Shown here piece by piece: positions 1-10,153 of a stretch of 64,000 bases of DNA. The position numbers and the translations under genes were made by a program. The DNA is taken from positions 32,001-96,000 of the forward strand of contig JBIJBE010000006.1 in assembly GCA_044345405.1 (NCBI GenBank), read 5' to 3'. This DNA is from Bdellovibrionota bacterium. GTDB taxonomy: Bacteria > Bdellovibrionota_C > UBA2361 > OMII01. Numbering within the stretch: the first letter of the stretch is position 1; every line of letters starts with the position of its first letter. The notes beneath the pieces were generated by a model. That model made no database searches. It was given only the letters and a program-made list of their open reading frames with translations, and was not told the DNA's origin.

Positions 1-82
1 GAACATAGCCCGGCGAGCACGCCGCTGCGCCAGTAACCACAACCGCGGCGCACCCCAACATCACTCGCGTCGCGATCTTCAT
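1..82 (-). CDS. 5' fragment of a putative lipoprotein (possibly aminopeptidase family); runs off the window edge
   Basis: ATG at 82 just downstream of pgpA. It reads MKIATRVMLGCAAVVVTGAAACSPGYV, a basic N-terminus, hydrophobic core and lipobox-like AAAC. Confidence 0.45.
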   Translation of the reverse strand, partial: MKIATRVMLGCAAVVVTGAAACSPGYV

Positions 83-99
83 GGAACGAAAGGAGACAT

Positions 100-564
100 T
101 CACACTACGTACCTCGCGGCGATCATTCCTAGGAGCGCGAAAACTCCAGCCACAACATCATCCGCCATAATTCCAACGGCCCCCGGAAGTCGTTCAGCCG
201 AACGAATCGGGCCGACCTTTGATATATCGAAGATCCGAAAGAGTATAACGGCGAGAAGCACCTGCCACCCCACGCGCCAATTTACTCCGACAAGGGCTAC
301 GAAGAGTCCCGCCCACTCATCGATTACGATCCATTGAGGGTCCTTGGCGGAATTGGCTCCCAAACTCAATCGAATCGCGAGCGTGCCAAGAACGATCGTC
401 ACAACCGCGCACGCCCACTGCGCTTCAACAGAAGCGAGCGCTCCTGCCCACGACAGCGCAAGCCACACGACGGCGGCCGCTACCGTTCCGAACGTTCCGG
501 GCGCTTTCGGAGCGTATCCGCTTCCAAATCCACTGCTGACTAATGAGGCGATTCGCGAAGACAT
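100..564 (-). CDS. pgpA: Phosphatidylglycerophosphatase A
   Basis: Motifs GFGSGYAPKAPGTFGT, DPQWIVIDEWAG, FRIFDISK and GIMADDVVAG. Confidence 0.92.
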   Translation of the reverse strand: MSSRIASLVSSGFGSGYAPKAPGTFGTVAAAVVWLALSWAGALASVEAQWACAVVTIVLGTLAIRLSLGANSAKDPQWIVIDEWAGLFVALVGVNWRVGWQVLLAVILFRIFDISKVGPIRSAERLPGAVGIMADDVVAGVFALLGMIAARYVV

Positions 565-986
565 GCGGCCTCAACTATGCCACGGACGCGACGATAACAC
601 ACGACGAATGATCCACCCTCTCTTCACCGTTTCCATACTTCTCGGAGCAAGCTTCAAGCTCTTCGCAAAAGTAAAGAGGAAGTCGAGAAATTTTTTCAAA
701 AACGCGCGCTTTCTTTTTTCGCGTTGGAGAGGTTTTTCAAAACTTGTTTGTTGACGTTCGGATCGCCGCTTTGGTATAAGTTGCTTAAAGTAACTCGATT
801 CACGAATTGTGTCATCGGGGTTTTTTGTGAGCATTCGCGAAAAATTCGATGGGCAGTTCGAGAGCCACGAGAAACTCGTTATGAAGTAACATTCAGGGCG
901 CGTCTGAAGTTTTTCAGCGCCGTTTTTCTCCTGGATTTTTTCATATCGCAGCACTACAATGCCGCCCTCTTGCTTCTTGGAGTACT

Positions 987-1904
987 ATGACTGGCTCGTT
1001 CAACGATGACGAAAATTTGGGATTCGAAGCGGATACGTCTTCGCTTCAAGGTTTAGGGATCTCAACTTCCTCTCTAAAAGTTGAAGAACAGGAGGGTGAA
1101 ACCCGAAGTAGCGTCATCACCGCGCGTGGAACCGCCGAGGGGCTCGTTCTCCGCATCGATGGCAGAGTTCAGGAGCAAGACCTTACCGTTGCGGTTCGTG
1201 ACTTCCTCGAATCCCGCCGGTCGTTCCTCCAAGGAAACGACGTAGCGTTCGAGTGGGTCGGCCGCAAACCAAGCGACGACCTAGTCCACGATCTCACTAA
1301 CCTTCTCGCCTCAGAGTTCAAAGTTTCCGTGCGTAGCTCCAAGCTTAAGGGAGCGGGTGCTAAGCCAGCCACCAGCGAGAGCTCGATTCCTGTATTCAAT
1401 GGCCCACGGACAACCTCTCCAACTCGCGTTGCCGCGCCAACCCCAGAGCGAAACGTTAGTCTCTTTGATGGCATGGACAGTATCGAGAGCCGAACGAGCG
1501 TCGCCGCCAACTCTATGTTGTGGGACGAGCCGGATACCCGAATCATCTACGGCACCCTCCGCTCGGGTCAAAAGGTTGAAACGGAACACTCCATCGTCAT
1601 CTTCGGAGATGTGAACTCCGGGGCCGAGGTAATCGCGGGTGGCGATATCGTGATCCTGGGAACGCTTCGTGGAATCGCCCATGCAGGGGCGTACGATGAG
1701 AGCGGAGGGGGGCGCGTTATCTTTAGCCTCAACCTCCAACCAACGCAGCTCCGCATCGGCCTTGTGATCTCTCGGGGATCAGGGTCCGAGAACTTCGAGA
1801 GCACCCCTCGTGGCGGCATCCCAGAGATCGCCCGAGTGGAAGGAAACCTTATTGTTGTAGAACCTTACCAATCACGCACTGTTTGGACACGTAGAAGGGA
1901 GTAA
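987..1904 (+). CDS. minC: Septum site-determining protein MinC
   Basis: C-terminal beta-helix TLRSGQ...GDVNSGAEVIAGGDIVILGTLRGIAHAG and PTQLRI; lies upstream of minD. Confidence 0.92.
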   Translation: MTGSFNDDENLGFEADTSSLQGLGISTSSLKVEEQEGETRSSVITARGTAEGLVLRIDGRVQEQDLTVAVRDFLESRRSFLQGNDVAFEWVGRKPSDDLVHDLTNLLASEFKVSVRSSKLKGAGAKPATSESSIPVFNGPRTTSPTRVAAPTPERNVSLFDGMDSIESRTSVAANSMLWDEPDTRIIYGTLRSGQKVETEHSIVIFGDVNSGAEVIAGGDIVILGTLRGIAHAGAYDESGGGRVIFSLNLQPTQLRIGLVISRGSGSENFESTPRGGIPEIARVEGNLIVVEPYQSRTVWTRRRE

Positions 1905-1907
1905 TTG

Positions 1908-2735
1908 ATGAACACGCGAAGAGACAACGCAGGGAAGAAGGACCTTGGCGAGGTAATCGTAATCACCTCAGGAAAGGGTGGAGTTGGGAAGACAACGACT
2001 ACCGCAAGCCTCGGTGCGGCTCTCGCCCTCCGCGGTCAACGAGTTCTCGTTGTTGACGCTGATATCGGACTCCGTAACCTCGACATGATGCTCGGCCTTG
2101 AGAACCGCATCGTGTTCAACGTGGTCGATGTAGCCAAGAAGATCTGCAAGCCAGCTCAAGCTATCATCAAGTCCAAGAAGTCAAACAATCTCTACCTCTT
2201 ACCAGCGTCGCAGACGGATGATAAGGACGTAGTCGATGAGGCTGAGATCCGGTATGTGCTCGAGCAGTTCCGGCGTGAGTTCCACTACGTCCTCGTAGAC
2301 TCCCCAGCTGGTATCGAGCAGGGCTTCCGTAACGCGTGCGCAGGCGCTGAGTCCGCTATCGTGGTAACCACCCCTGAGGTATCCGCAATCCGAGATGCTG
2401 ACCGAGTCGTTGGTCTTCTCTCCTCGAAGGGTATCGAGGCTAAGCTCATCATCAACCGTATCGACTTCGAGATGGTTCGTCGTGGAGACATGCTCTCCGT
2501 ACGAGATGTTCAGGACATCTTGGGCATCGAGATCATCGGTGTTGTAGAGCGCGACGATCAGATCATCTCCGCCGCAAACTGCGGAGAGCCCGTTGTGTAC
2601 AACCAGAAATCAAAGGCAGGGCAGGCGTTTACCCGAATCGCGGCACGAGTATGCGGCGAACAGGTTCCTGTTCCGAGCTTTGACACCGGTTCCTTGTGGA
2701 GCCGTATCAGCCGTAAACTTGGTGTGAACGCTTAG
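1908..2735 (+). CDS. minD: Septum site-determining ATPase MinD
   Basis: ITSGKGGVGKTT, DADIGLRNLD, DSPAGIEQGF, TPEVSAIRDADR and a C-terminal amphipathic helix. Confidence 0.97.
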   Translation: MNTRRDNAGKKDLGEVIVITSGKGGVGKTTTTASLGAALALRGQRVLVVDADIGLRNLDMMLGLENRIVFNVVDVAKKICKPAQAIIKSKKSNNLYLLPASQTDDKDVVDEAEIRYVLEQFRREFHYVLVDSPAGIEQGFRNACAGAESAIVVTTPEVSAIRDADRVVGLLSSKGIEAKLIINRIDFEMVRRGDMLSVRDVQDILGIEIIGVVERDDQIISAANCGEPVVYNQKSKAGQAFTRIAARVCGEQVPVPSFDTGSLWSRISRKLGVNA

Positions 2736-2836
2736 CGGTTTTCATCTGTACGGGTTGTCCATTTACAGTTAGAGTTACGTAACAGTTAGGTCATTCGGAA
2801 ACGGAGTTTTTCCGACAACTGAGGGAGTTTCAAAAC

Positions 2837-3190
2837 GTGTTTAACGCGCTCAAGAAAAAGCTCTTCGGCGAGAGCAACGAAAGCAAAGAAACAGCGAAGA
2901 GCCGACTTCACTTCGTGCTTGTACAGGATCGAACCGGTCTCACAAACGAGGAGATGGCAGGTTTCCGCGAAGAGATGGTTAAGGTTATCGAGAAGTACTT
3001 CGTTATCGATAAGGAAGGCTTCGACATCAAGTATCACCGCCTCGCTGATACAACGACCCTTCTCATCAACTCCCCCGTCATCGTTCGCCGGTCGACATCG
3101 GGCTCAAGTTCAAAGAGCGCTCGTGTGACTGAGACTGAGGCAGAGAACGAAACCGATACCGAAACAGCTGCTGTAGCGTCAAACGTATAG
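2837..3190 (+). CDS. minE: Cell division topological specificity factor MinE
   Basis: SKETAKSRLHFVLVQDR motif and position after minD. Confidence 0.92.
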   Translation: MFNALKKKLFGESNESKETAKSRLHFVLVQDRTGLTNEEMAGFREEMVKVIEKYFVIDKEGFDIKYHRLADTTTLLINSPVIVRRSTSGSSSKSARVTETEAENETDTETAAVASNV

Positions 3191-3213
3191 TCGCGACCTT
3201 CGGGATCCACGAG

Positions 3214-3254
3214 ACCCCACCACCGTAGAGATACGGTGGTGGGGTTTTGCTTTT
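3214..3254 (+). terminator. Intrinsic terminator after minCDE
   Basis: ACCCCACCACCGTA-gaga-TACGGTGGTGGGGT followed by a T-rich tail. Confidence 0.85.
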
Positions 3255-3283
3255 GGATTCCACTTTATTCGTGGAAGGTCCGA

Positions 3284-3395
3284 CGTGCACATGCTCGTGC
3301 ACCTAAACGTGAACGTATACGAAGGATAACCCCAGCAGCAGAAGCACGAAGCCCTTCGGGGTCGGGTCTGGTGCACGTTTACGTTCACGTTCACG
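3284..3395. repeat. Inverted tracts of degenerate CGTGMA/TKCACG hexamers; related tract at 41752-41779
   Basis: cgtgcac...aaacgtgaacgtatacg faces gtgcacgtttacgttcacgttcacg. A second tract, cgttcacgtgcacgttcacgtgcacg, lies between cobB and fbaB. Confidence 0.6.
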
Positions 3396-3506
3396 GCTTT
3401 ATGCGCGAGAGTTTGGTGGAAACTCGGCTTTGATGCTACCTGTGTATGTACATAGAAAACAGCGGCGGGATAGGATAGGCAAAACGATTTTCCGAGGACC
3501 TCTTGC

Positions 3507-4811
3507 ATGCTGCGTCAATTCAACCGACTCATCGCTCTCGCCCTCCTTATCGCGGTCACGATCTACATCACGCTCACAAACTCAGAGACAGCCACAATTA
3601 AGCTTGGCCCCTCAATCACCGTTACCACATACGCCGGTGTAATCTATCTTGGGGTCTTCTTTATCGGATGCGTCGTAACCTCCGTGGTGGCGCTCTTCTT
3701 CGGCTTTAAGAGCTATTTGCGAGAGCGAAAGCTTAGGGCCGCCTCTCGGTCGCACCAACTCTTCTTCGAACTCTTCCTCAAGGCGCGAAGCTATATGGCG
3801 AGTGGGGAATGGGGCGCGGCTCGCGCTATCTGGGAGCAGGTTCTTCAACAGGACCCCGAGAACACAATCGCTCGGGTTGAGCTCGCTACCTGCGTTGAGA
3901 ATCTCGGCGACGTGCGGGAAGCGCTCAAGGTTCTCGATACGATGCGAGCCAGCAACCACATGAACGCCGCGGTTCTCTTTAAGGCGGTTGAGCTCAACCG
4001 AAAGCTGGGCAACAACACCGCGGCGAAGGACAACCTCGCGCTTCTGGTTCAAGAAGCGCCCACCAAGCGCGCTCTAGAGCTCGCCCGAAATATCGCCGAA
4101 GAGCTTGGTCGGATCGATGACGCGATGGATTACCAACGCTCACTCGAGAAGATCGGACACGTCTCTGAAGAGATGGTAGAGGCGAAGACCCGCCTCTCGT
4201 TCGAACAACTCGTGCGCTCCGTCGAAAACGAGAATTCTCTGCGCGAAACATTGACCGTCTTTGTGAAGAAGAACCCGACCTACGTGCCGGCGCTTGAACG
4301 ACTCGCGCAACTAGAGATCAATCGAGGGCGTCTCGATGAGGGCGCGGAGCTTCTCGTGAAGGCCGCGAAGCTCTCTGAAGGGAACCTCTCAAAGTGGAAC
4401 ACCATCATCGATCTCTGGCTTCGCTCCGCCCCTGGAGACTTCAGCCGTCGAGCTGAGCGCGCGCTCGCCGCGGCTCGAAGCGCGACGCAGGGGCTTCACG
4501 GAGGAAAGAGGCTCGACGCTGAGTTCGTCGTGGCGAAAACCCTCCTGGCGGTGAATCGAGCCGAGGACGCTCGGACTCTCCTTGAAAACCTCTCCACCCT
4601 CGCTGACAAGGAGAAGGTGTCTCTCACTCCAAGCCAAACGCAAACACGAACCCACCTCATGGGGCTGTGCATGGCTCGCCTTGGCCTCTCGAAAGACACC
4701 TCTAGCCTATGGGAATCACTCGTAGAGCCAACTCTTCCGGCCACGGAGACTGGAAAGAAACCGCCATTATCTGATAGAGGTGAACCATCGCCGGCGCTCT
4801 CGACGCCGTAG
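3507..4811 (+). CDS. Membrane-anchored TPR protein with LapA-like N-terminus (LapA/LapB-like)
   Basis: Two N-terminal TM helices separated by a short N-x-x-x-beta segment, then multiple TPR-like helical repeats. Confidence 0.65.
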   Translation: MLRQFNRLIALALLIAVTIYITLTNSETATIKLGPSITVTTYAGVIYLGVFFIGCVVTSVVALFFGFKSYLRERKLRAASRSHQLFFELFLKARSYMASGEWGAARAIWEQVLQQDPENTIARVELATCVENLGDVREALKVLDTMRASNHMNAAVLFKAVELNRKLGNNTAAKDNLALLVQEAPTKRALELARNIAEELGRIDDAMDYQRSLEKIGHVSEEMVEAKTRLSFEQLVRSVENENSLRETLTVFVKKNPTYVPALERLAQLEINRGRLDEGAELLVKAAKLSEGNLSKWNTIIDLWLRSAPGDFSRRAERALAAARSATQGLHGGKRLDAEFVVAKTLLAVNRAEDARTLLENLSTLADKEKVSLTPSQTQTRTHLMGLCMARLGLSKDTSSLWESLVEPTLPATETGKKPPLSDRGEPSPALSTP

Positions 4812-4835
4812 CGCAACGATTAGGAAAAACAACAT

Positions 4836-6356
4836 ATGACATCCCCTACCCTCCTCTGCATCCTCGACGGATTTGGCCTCAATCCCAAAACAGAGGGCAA
4901 CGCAGTAGCCCAAGCCAAGAAGCCCGTTATTGACGGGCTCTTGAAGAGCTATCCTCACGCGACCCTCACCACCTTCGGCGAGCAGGTTGGATTGCCCGAA
5001 GGCCAGATGGGGAATTCTGAAGTGGGGCATCTCAATATCGGCGCGGGACGGGTCGTTGAGCAGTGGCTCCTTCGAATCAGCCGCGCATTCCAGGGAAGCT
5101 TCTTAAAGGAATCTCCTGAGTACACGAACTTCATCTCCTCGACCGCTTCCGCGAAGACGATCCATATCGTTGGATTGTACAGCACCGGCGGTGTTCACTC
5201 TCACCTTGAGCACATGAAGCTCTTCGTGAAGCGGCTCGTTAAGGACAACAAAAACTCAAAGATCGCGCTTCACCTTATTAGCGATGGCCGCGACGTATCT
5301 CCAACCTCGTTCAAGACGGACCTTGCGGACCTACAGAGCTTCTTGGAGGGATATCCTCGCTGCACCGTTGCCTCAATTTGCGGACGATTCTTCGCGATGG
5401 ACCGTGACAAGCGATGGGAGCGCGTGCAGGTCGCGTACGACGCTATCGCGCTCGGTAAGGGCACAGTCACAACGGACCTCACTTCGCACATCACCGAAAG
5501 CTACACGAAGGGCACAACCGATGAGTTCCTTGAACCAGCGGTGACCTCAAGTCAAACGCTTGAGGCAACCGACGGGCTTGTGTTCTTCAACTTCCGCGAG
5601 GACCGCATGCGCGAAATCGTCTCCGCTCTCTGCGCCGAGAAGTTCGATGGATTCGCTCGAACGGCTCCACTTCTTCCGAAATCGAACGTTCTCTGCTTCA
5701 CGGATTACGATCACACCCTTCACCTCCCCTTCCTCTTCGCTCAGTTGGACATCAAGAATCACCTTGGCGAGACCGTAGCGGCAGCCGGTAAGAAGCAACT
5801 TCGTGTCGCGGAGACCGAGAAGTACCCTCACGTTACCTACTTCCTCAACGGTGGCATTGAGACACCATACGAGGGAGAGGACCGTAAGATGATCCCATCC
5901 CCTCGGGACGTGAAGACCTATGACCTCAAACCTGAGATGAGCGCGCCTGGTGTCACGGAACTCGTTGTTGAGGGCATCCGTTCGAACAAGTACGACCTTA
6001 TCGTGGTGAACTTCGCGAACTGCGACATGGTTGGTCACACCGGAGTTGTTGCAGCCGGCGTTAAGGCCGTAGAGACGGTCGACGCGTGCCTTGGGCAGAT
6101 CTTAAACGTCTTGAAGGACGCGAAGGGGCAAGCGCTTATCATAGCTGATCACGGAAACGCTGAGCTGATGGTGAACTATGAGGATGGAACGCCTCACACC
6201 GCGCATACTACCTATCCCGTGCCGGTTATCCTTGTTGACCACGGCGACAAGATTACGTTGCGGACTAACGGCGCGCTGTGCGATGTCGCTCCGACGATCC
6301 TGAAGATGATGGGATTGCCTCAGCCGAAGGAGATGACGGGGAAGGCGTTGTTTTAG
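4836..6356 (+). CDS. gpmI: 2,3-bisphosphoglycerate-independent phosphoglycerate mutase
   Basis: ILDGFG, GQMGNSEVGH, AMDRDKRW, AETEKYPHVT, NFANCDMVGHTG and ADHGNAE. Confidence 0.98.
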   Translation: MTSPTLLCILDGFGLNPKTEGNAVAQAKKPVIDGLLKSYPHATLTTFGEQVGLPEGQMGNSEVGHLNIGAGRVVEQWLLRISRAFQGSFLKESPEYTNFISSTASAKTIHIVGLYSTGGVHSHLEHMKLFVKRLVKDNKNSKIALHLISDGRDVSPTSFKTDLADLQSFLEGYPRCTVASICGRFFAMDRDKRWERVQVAYDAIALGKGTVTTDLTSHITESYTKGTTDEFLEPAVTSSQTLEATDGLVFFNFREDRMREIVSALCAEKFDGFARTAPLLPKSNVLCFTDYDHTLHLPFLFAQLDIKNHLGETVAAAGKKQLRVAETEKYPHVTYFLNGGIETPYEGEDRKMIPSPRDVKTYDLKPEMSAPGVTELVVEGIRSNKYDLIVVNFANCDMVGHTGVVAAGVKAVETVDACLGQILNVLKDAKGQALIIADHGNAELMVNYEDGTPHTAHTTYPVPVILVDHGDKITLRTNGALCDVAPTILKMMGLPQPKEMTGKALF

Positions 6357-6405
6357 GGAGCCCACATAGCGGCGACCGGCCTTCCGTCATGCGCCCCGTG
6401 ACCAG

Positions 6406-6496
6406 GGAGGGCGACCATTCCTGGTCGCCGAGAGGTTGGGTACTTAGATAGAACCTTCGCCTCACGTAACACGGCGGTCAGGAATGACCGCCCTCC
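6406..6496. repeat. Inverted pair of GGAG-type REP-like hairpins (REPIN/BIME-like)
   Basis: GGAG-GGCGACCA-TTCC-TGGTCGCC plus the inverted copy GGCGGTCA-GGAA-TGACCGCC-CTCC; same family as the 46.1 kb and 54.5 kb arrays. Confidence 0.85.
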
Positions 6497-6593
6497 CTAG
6501 CACCGCGCCCCTCCCCCTCTTCCTGACTTACCACCCAACTCAATCCCTGGTACGGTTTGGACGATCGTATAGTAATCCCAACCGGACCGCCGC

Positions 6594-7943
6594 ATGCCCC
6601 GCTCACGCGCATATCTACTCCTAACCATCGCGATCGGGCTTCTTACCCTCGCCTTTTACCTCGGGCTTGAGTCCTACATGCGGCCCTACGCCTTGCAGGG
6701 GATGTACTTCCAGGAATGGTCGTCCGAGACGATGATGCAGACGTTATCGATTGAGGACCTTCGGCATGCGCCCCTTCAATCATTGTGGAACCTCCACATG
6801 CAACCTCCGCTTTTGGATACCATCCGAGCGATTCTCGCCCATCTCGCCAACGCGAACGAAGGGGTGGCGTTGGTACGCGAAGTCGACCAGGACCTCTACA
6901 TGGTGTGGGCACTCGGCGCGGCGACACTAGCTATCGTGATGTTTCGATGGTTAAAGCAGCTCACAAACACCTCGTTGGCGTTCCTCGCGACACTTCTCTT
7001 CATGATCCATCCAGGGGTCATGTTTTACGCCACCCTCCTCGATGGCACCTTCCTCTCCTCAATCTTGATATTCGGGACCTACTACGAACTCTGGAAGCTG
7101 CGCCGAGATCCCAACCGTTCCATCCTTCCAGTCACGTGTCTCTTTCTCGCCCTCGCGCTCTTACGCACCCTCTTCCAATGGCCCGCGGTCGTCATCTTTG
7201 CCGTGGCGCTTATCTTAATGAGGGTCCCGAAACGGTCTATTCTTACCTACCTCGCGATATGCCTGGTGGTGTTAGGTTCCTACATCACAAAACAATACAT
7301 GTTGTTCGGCACAACCTCCTCATTCGGATGGAGGGGACTGAACATGTGCCGCTCAATAGGCAGCTCCGATCGATATGAGATGGGGCGATACCACGACGCC
7401 ATACATTCGGTGGCGACACCATCTGCCGCGGAGGGGAGCGTACCCTCTGCTCTCTCTCGACGCGTGAAGGTAAGCGGCACTCCTAACTTTAATCATGTGA
7501 GCTTCCTACCTCTTAACAGAGAGATGGCGGACTATTGCTCCGCTCGACTTACGGAGCTTCCCCTTCCGACGTTGCTTCAGGGCTATCGGGTCAATTGGGA
7601 TATCTATTTCTCACCTTCGAGCCGCTACGTGACTGAGAATGAGATCGTGAAGCGACTTCCGTGGCGAGAGCGATACGACACCATCTTCTCGAGTCCGGTC
7701 CTGCCCGTCGCTATCGGCGTCGCCCTGATGGTGACGATACTCTCTCTACGCGGTAACACACTTCTCCCTCACCTCGGACTGCTTCTTCCGGCAGCCTATA
7801 TCCTCACGCTCTCGGTGATAGGGGAGCGAGGCGAGAATATGCGGTTAAAGATCTTCCTTGAGCCCCTCTTCTACGTCTTTATCATCGGCGCGATATACAG
7901 GGTCTACTTCGCCTTCATATCGCGGCGGAGCTCACCTCGGTAA
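6594..7943 (+). CDS. Polytopic membrane protein, possible GT-C fold glycosyltransferase
   Basis: About 10 TM segments, an HMQPPL loop motif and a large extracytoplasmic loop. Confidence 0.55.
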   Translation: MPRSRAYLLLTIAIGLLTLAFYLGLESYMRPYALQGMYFQEWSSETMMQTLSIEDLRHAPLQSLWNLHMQPPLLDTIRAILAHLANANEGVALVREVDQDLYMVWALGAATLAIVMFRWLKQLTNTSLAFLATLLFMIHPGVMFYATLLDGTFLSSILIFGTYYELWKLRRDPNRSILPVTCLFLALALLRTLFQWPAVVIFAVALILMRVPKRSILTYLAICLVVLGSYITKQYMLFGTTSSFGWRGLNMCRSIGSSDRYEMGRYHDAIHSVATPSAAEGSVPSALSRRVKVSGTPNFNHVSFLPLNREMADYCSARLTELPLPTLLQGYRVNWDIYFSPSSRYVTENEIVKRLPWRERYDTIFSSPVLPVAIGVALMVTILSLRGNTLLPHLGLLLPAAYILTLSVIGERGENMRLKIFLEPLFYVFIIGAIYRVYFAFISRRSSPR

Positions 7944-9161
7944 CGATGGGGCGGCGTCGCTAAGACCGAGTACACTCCGTCCAAGTGACCACGCGCGATA
8001 TCGATACCGCGAGAATAAAACGGCCGATGTTGGAAGAACCCACACTAGGTAGTTGGAGTGCATCTCAACATGGAGCGAATTAATGATGACCGCCATAAGG
8101 GTGAACTCGTACATCAATGAGTCGACATCTACCTCCTTAAGGAAATTTCTCGCGACAAAGATGACGACGCACACGAGTCGGCCGTCGCGGATGAGGTTGT
8201 GAAGCTCAGGGGGTGTAATAGTAAAGATACTCGTCGGTGTTCCCCCTTTCACAAAGTGGAAGTACACAACGTCATGAAAGAATCGAGCCGGTTCCCATAG
8301 AAAAAAAGGAACCATCGGAAGGCATCCGAGCGCGACGCCAACGAAAAATCTGAAGGGAAATTTTCGACGAATCATCAGGATAATCAGAAACGCGGCGGGA
8401 GAGAATTTTGCTGATAGGGAAAGTCCGGCGAGAAAGCCGGCGGCCCCGCTCTTGCTCACCTGTAGAAGTGAGAGACTCGCGAGCACCAAGAACACAGGCA
8501 AATGGTCATTTATCCCCATACTCACATCGTTCAAGAGCGCCCGAGGCATGGTGACGACGGCGGTGGCGAATACTATCGCCGCGATCTTTGGAACGACTCC
8601 CTGAACACCCTGAGCGGCGAACCGCCCCGTTAAAACCAGAATGCCGGCGATATATACAAACGAGCAGACCTTGAACCAAAAGGGGCCCCAGATCGCTGGC
8701 AGATAGCCGAACATCATCAGAGGACCGTACATGAACGCCACGCCAGGAAAACTCGACCAGCGACCGACTTCGGAGGGATAGTACGGATTCTCGTGAAGCA
8801 CAAAGAAATTGCGTATCGCCATTTCAACCAGAGTGCCGATGTCCAAGACCGCGGGACTGAAGAGGGGACGAGGGAGGTGTGCGACTGAGATCTCTTGGGC
8901 GAGAAGTATTAACAGAAGCACTATCGAGATCTCTACACCGAGAGCGACGTTAGAGGGTCTCCCCACCTCACTTCGGTGGGAGAGGCTTACCAAAAGGATA
9001 ACGATCGTCCAGTATCCGACCAATTTAAGGAGGGGCCAAAAGAAGACCACGGTGGCGAAGGTCTCATACGCGCACCAGACGAGGAGCAGGAGCGAGATGG
9101 ATGAGATGACCGCGAGAAGGTCAACCTTACTGGGGGTACGCGTACGCTGTTCGCTTGTCAT
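7932..9161 (-). CDS. Membrane glycosyltransferase, GT87/DUF2029-like
   Basis: NPY, FMYGP, GINDH and LSAKFSPA motifs in a multi-TM protein. Confidence 0.65.
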   Translation of the reverse strand: MTSEQRTRTPSKVDLLAVISSISLLLLVWCAYETFATVVFFWPLLKLVGYWTIVILLVSLSHRSEVGRPSNVALGVEISIVLLLILLAQEISVAHLPRPLFSPAVLDIGTLVEMAIRNFFVLHENPYYPSEVGRWSSFPGVAFMYGPLMMFGYLPAIWGPFWFKVCSFVYIAGILVLTGRFAAQGVQGVVPKIAAIVFATAVVTMPRALLNDVSMGINDHLPVFLVLASLSLLQVSKSGAAGFLAGLSLSAKFSPAAFLIILMIRRKFPFRFFVGVALGCLPMVPFFLWEPARFFHDVVYFHFVKGGTPTSIFTITPPELHNLIRDGRLVCVVIFVARNFLKEVDVDSLMYEFTLMAVIINSLHVEMHSNYLVWVLPTSAVLFSRYRYRAWSLGRSVLGLSDAAPSLPR

Positions 9162-9330
9162 AAAACTATTTCACCGAGCGATCTCCCTCTCGTTCATCAC
9201 GGAGACGCTTCTCCTCCTTGCTTCCTAGAAACCAATAAGACAGGGAGGTCGTTTGGTCTACAACAAATCTCTCGTTCGAAGCGACTCACCTCCCCGCAAC
9301 TTTCAACGCCGTGACACGATACAGAGAGCC

Positions 9331-10131
9331 ATGAAACGGAATTCCCTCGCTTGCTCATGGCTCTCAGGCCCCCTGGAGGTTCTCTTCCCGAGGGAGTGCC
9401 TGGTTTGCACCCGTCCGCTGCGGGGAAGTTCGCTCTGTTTCCGCTGCACCCCTTCGCTCATTAATCTGGAAACGCCGCGATGCGCCCGATGTTTCGGCGC
9501 TGTGTGGAATACCCCGGAGCCCCTCTGTCCCGCGTGCGAGACATTCCCCTTGGAATTCAAACGAATTCGGTATTTATGGGAGTACGAAGGGGTCGCCCGC
9601 GACTTCATACGAGCTATGAAGTATCAACCGAGTCCGTATCTGGCGTATCGAGCCGGGGAGTTTATGGCTAACCATCTTCCTAACCTATACGCTGATAACG
9701 TGTGGGACCTTATCGTTCCTGTTCCGTCATCTCCGGAGATGCTCAAGAAACGATTATTCCATCCCTGCGCGGAGATGAGTAAAGCTCTCTCACGGCACCT
9801 GGTTCGAGCGTCGATCCGATACGCGCTGGAGCACCGTGGCAACCGCACTCCCCAAGCGCGCCGTTCACACCGCGAACGCCTGCGAGGATTACGCACTATC
9901 TTTCGAGTTCCAAAGAGTGGTCACGTGGCCGGCAAGCGAGTGCTTCTTATTGAAGACGTCATAACCACCGGAGCCACCGTTGCGGCCGCGTGCCACACCC
10001 TGTACGAGGCTGGCGCCCTATCCGTAGACGTTGTCGCGCTGGCCGAGGCTCGGGTATGGAGACGATTTCGGAGCCGAATTTTCGACCTTTTCAACCCTCC
10101 GAGAGAGCGCATCTCCGGTGTACTGGCATAA
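9331..10131 (+). CDS. comF: ComF family double zinc-ribbon phosphoribosyltransferase
   Basis: LFPRECLVC, further CxxC pairs, IVPVP and VLLIEDVITTGAT; ATG at 9331 chosen as start. Confidence 0.88.
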   Translation: MKRNSLACSWLSGPLEVLFPRECLVCTRPLRGSSLCFRCTPSLINLETPRCARCFGAVWNTPEPLCPACETFPLEFKRIRYLWEYEGVARDFIRAMKYQPSPYLAYRAGEFMANHLPNLYADNVWDLIVPVPSSPEMLKKRLFHPCAEMSKALSRHLVRASIRYALEHRGNRTPQARRSHRERLRGLRTIFRVPKSGHVAGKRVLLIEDVITTGATVAAACHTLYEAGALSVDVVALAEARVWRRFRSRIFDLFNPPRERISGVLA

Positions 10132-10153
10132 GGTTCGGTGGTAGCGTTGCGGC

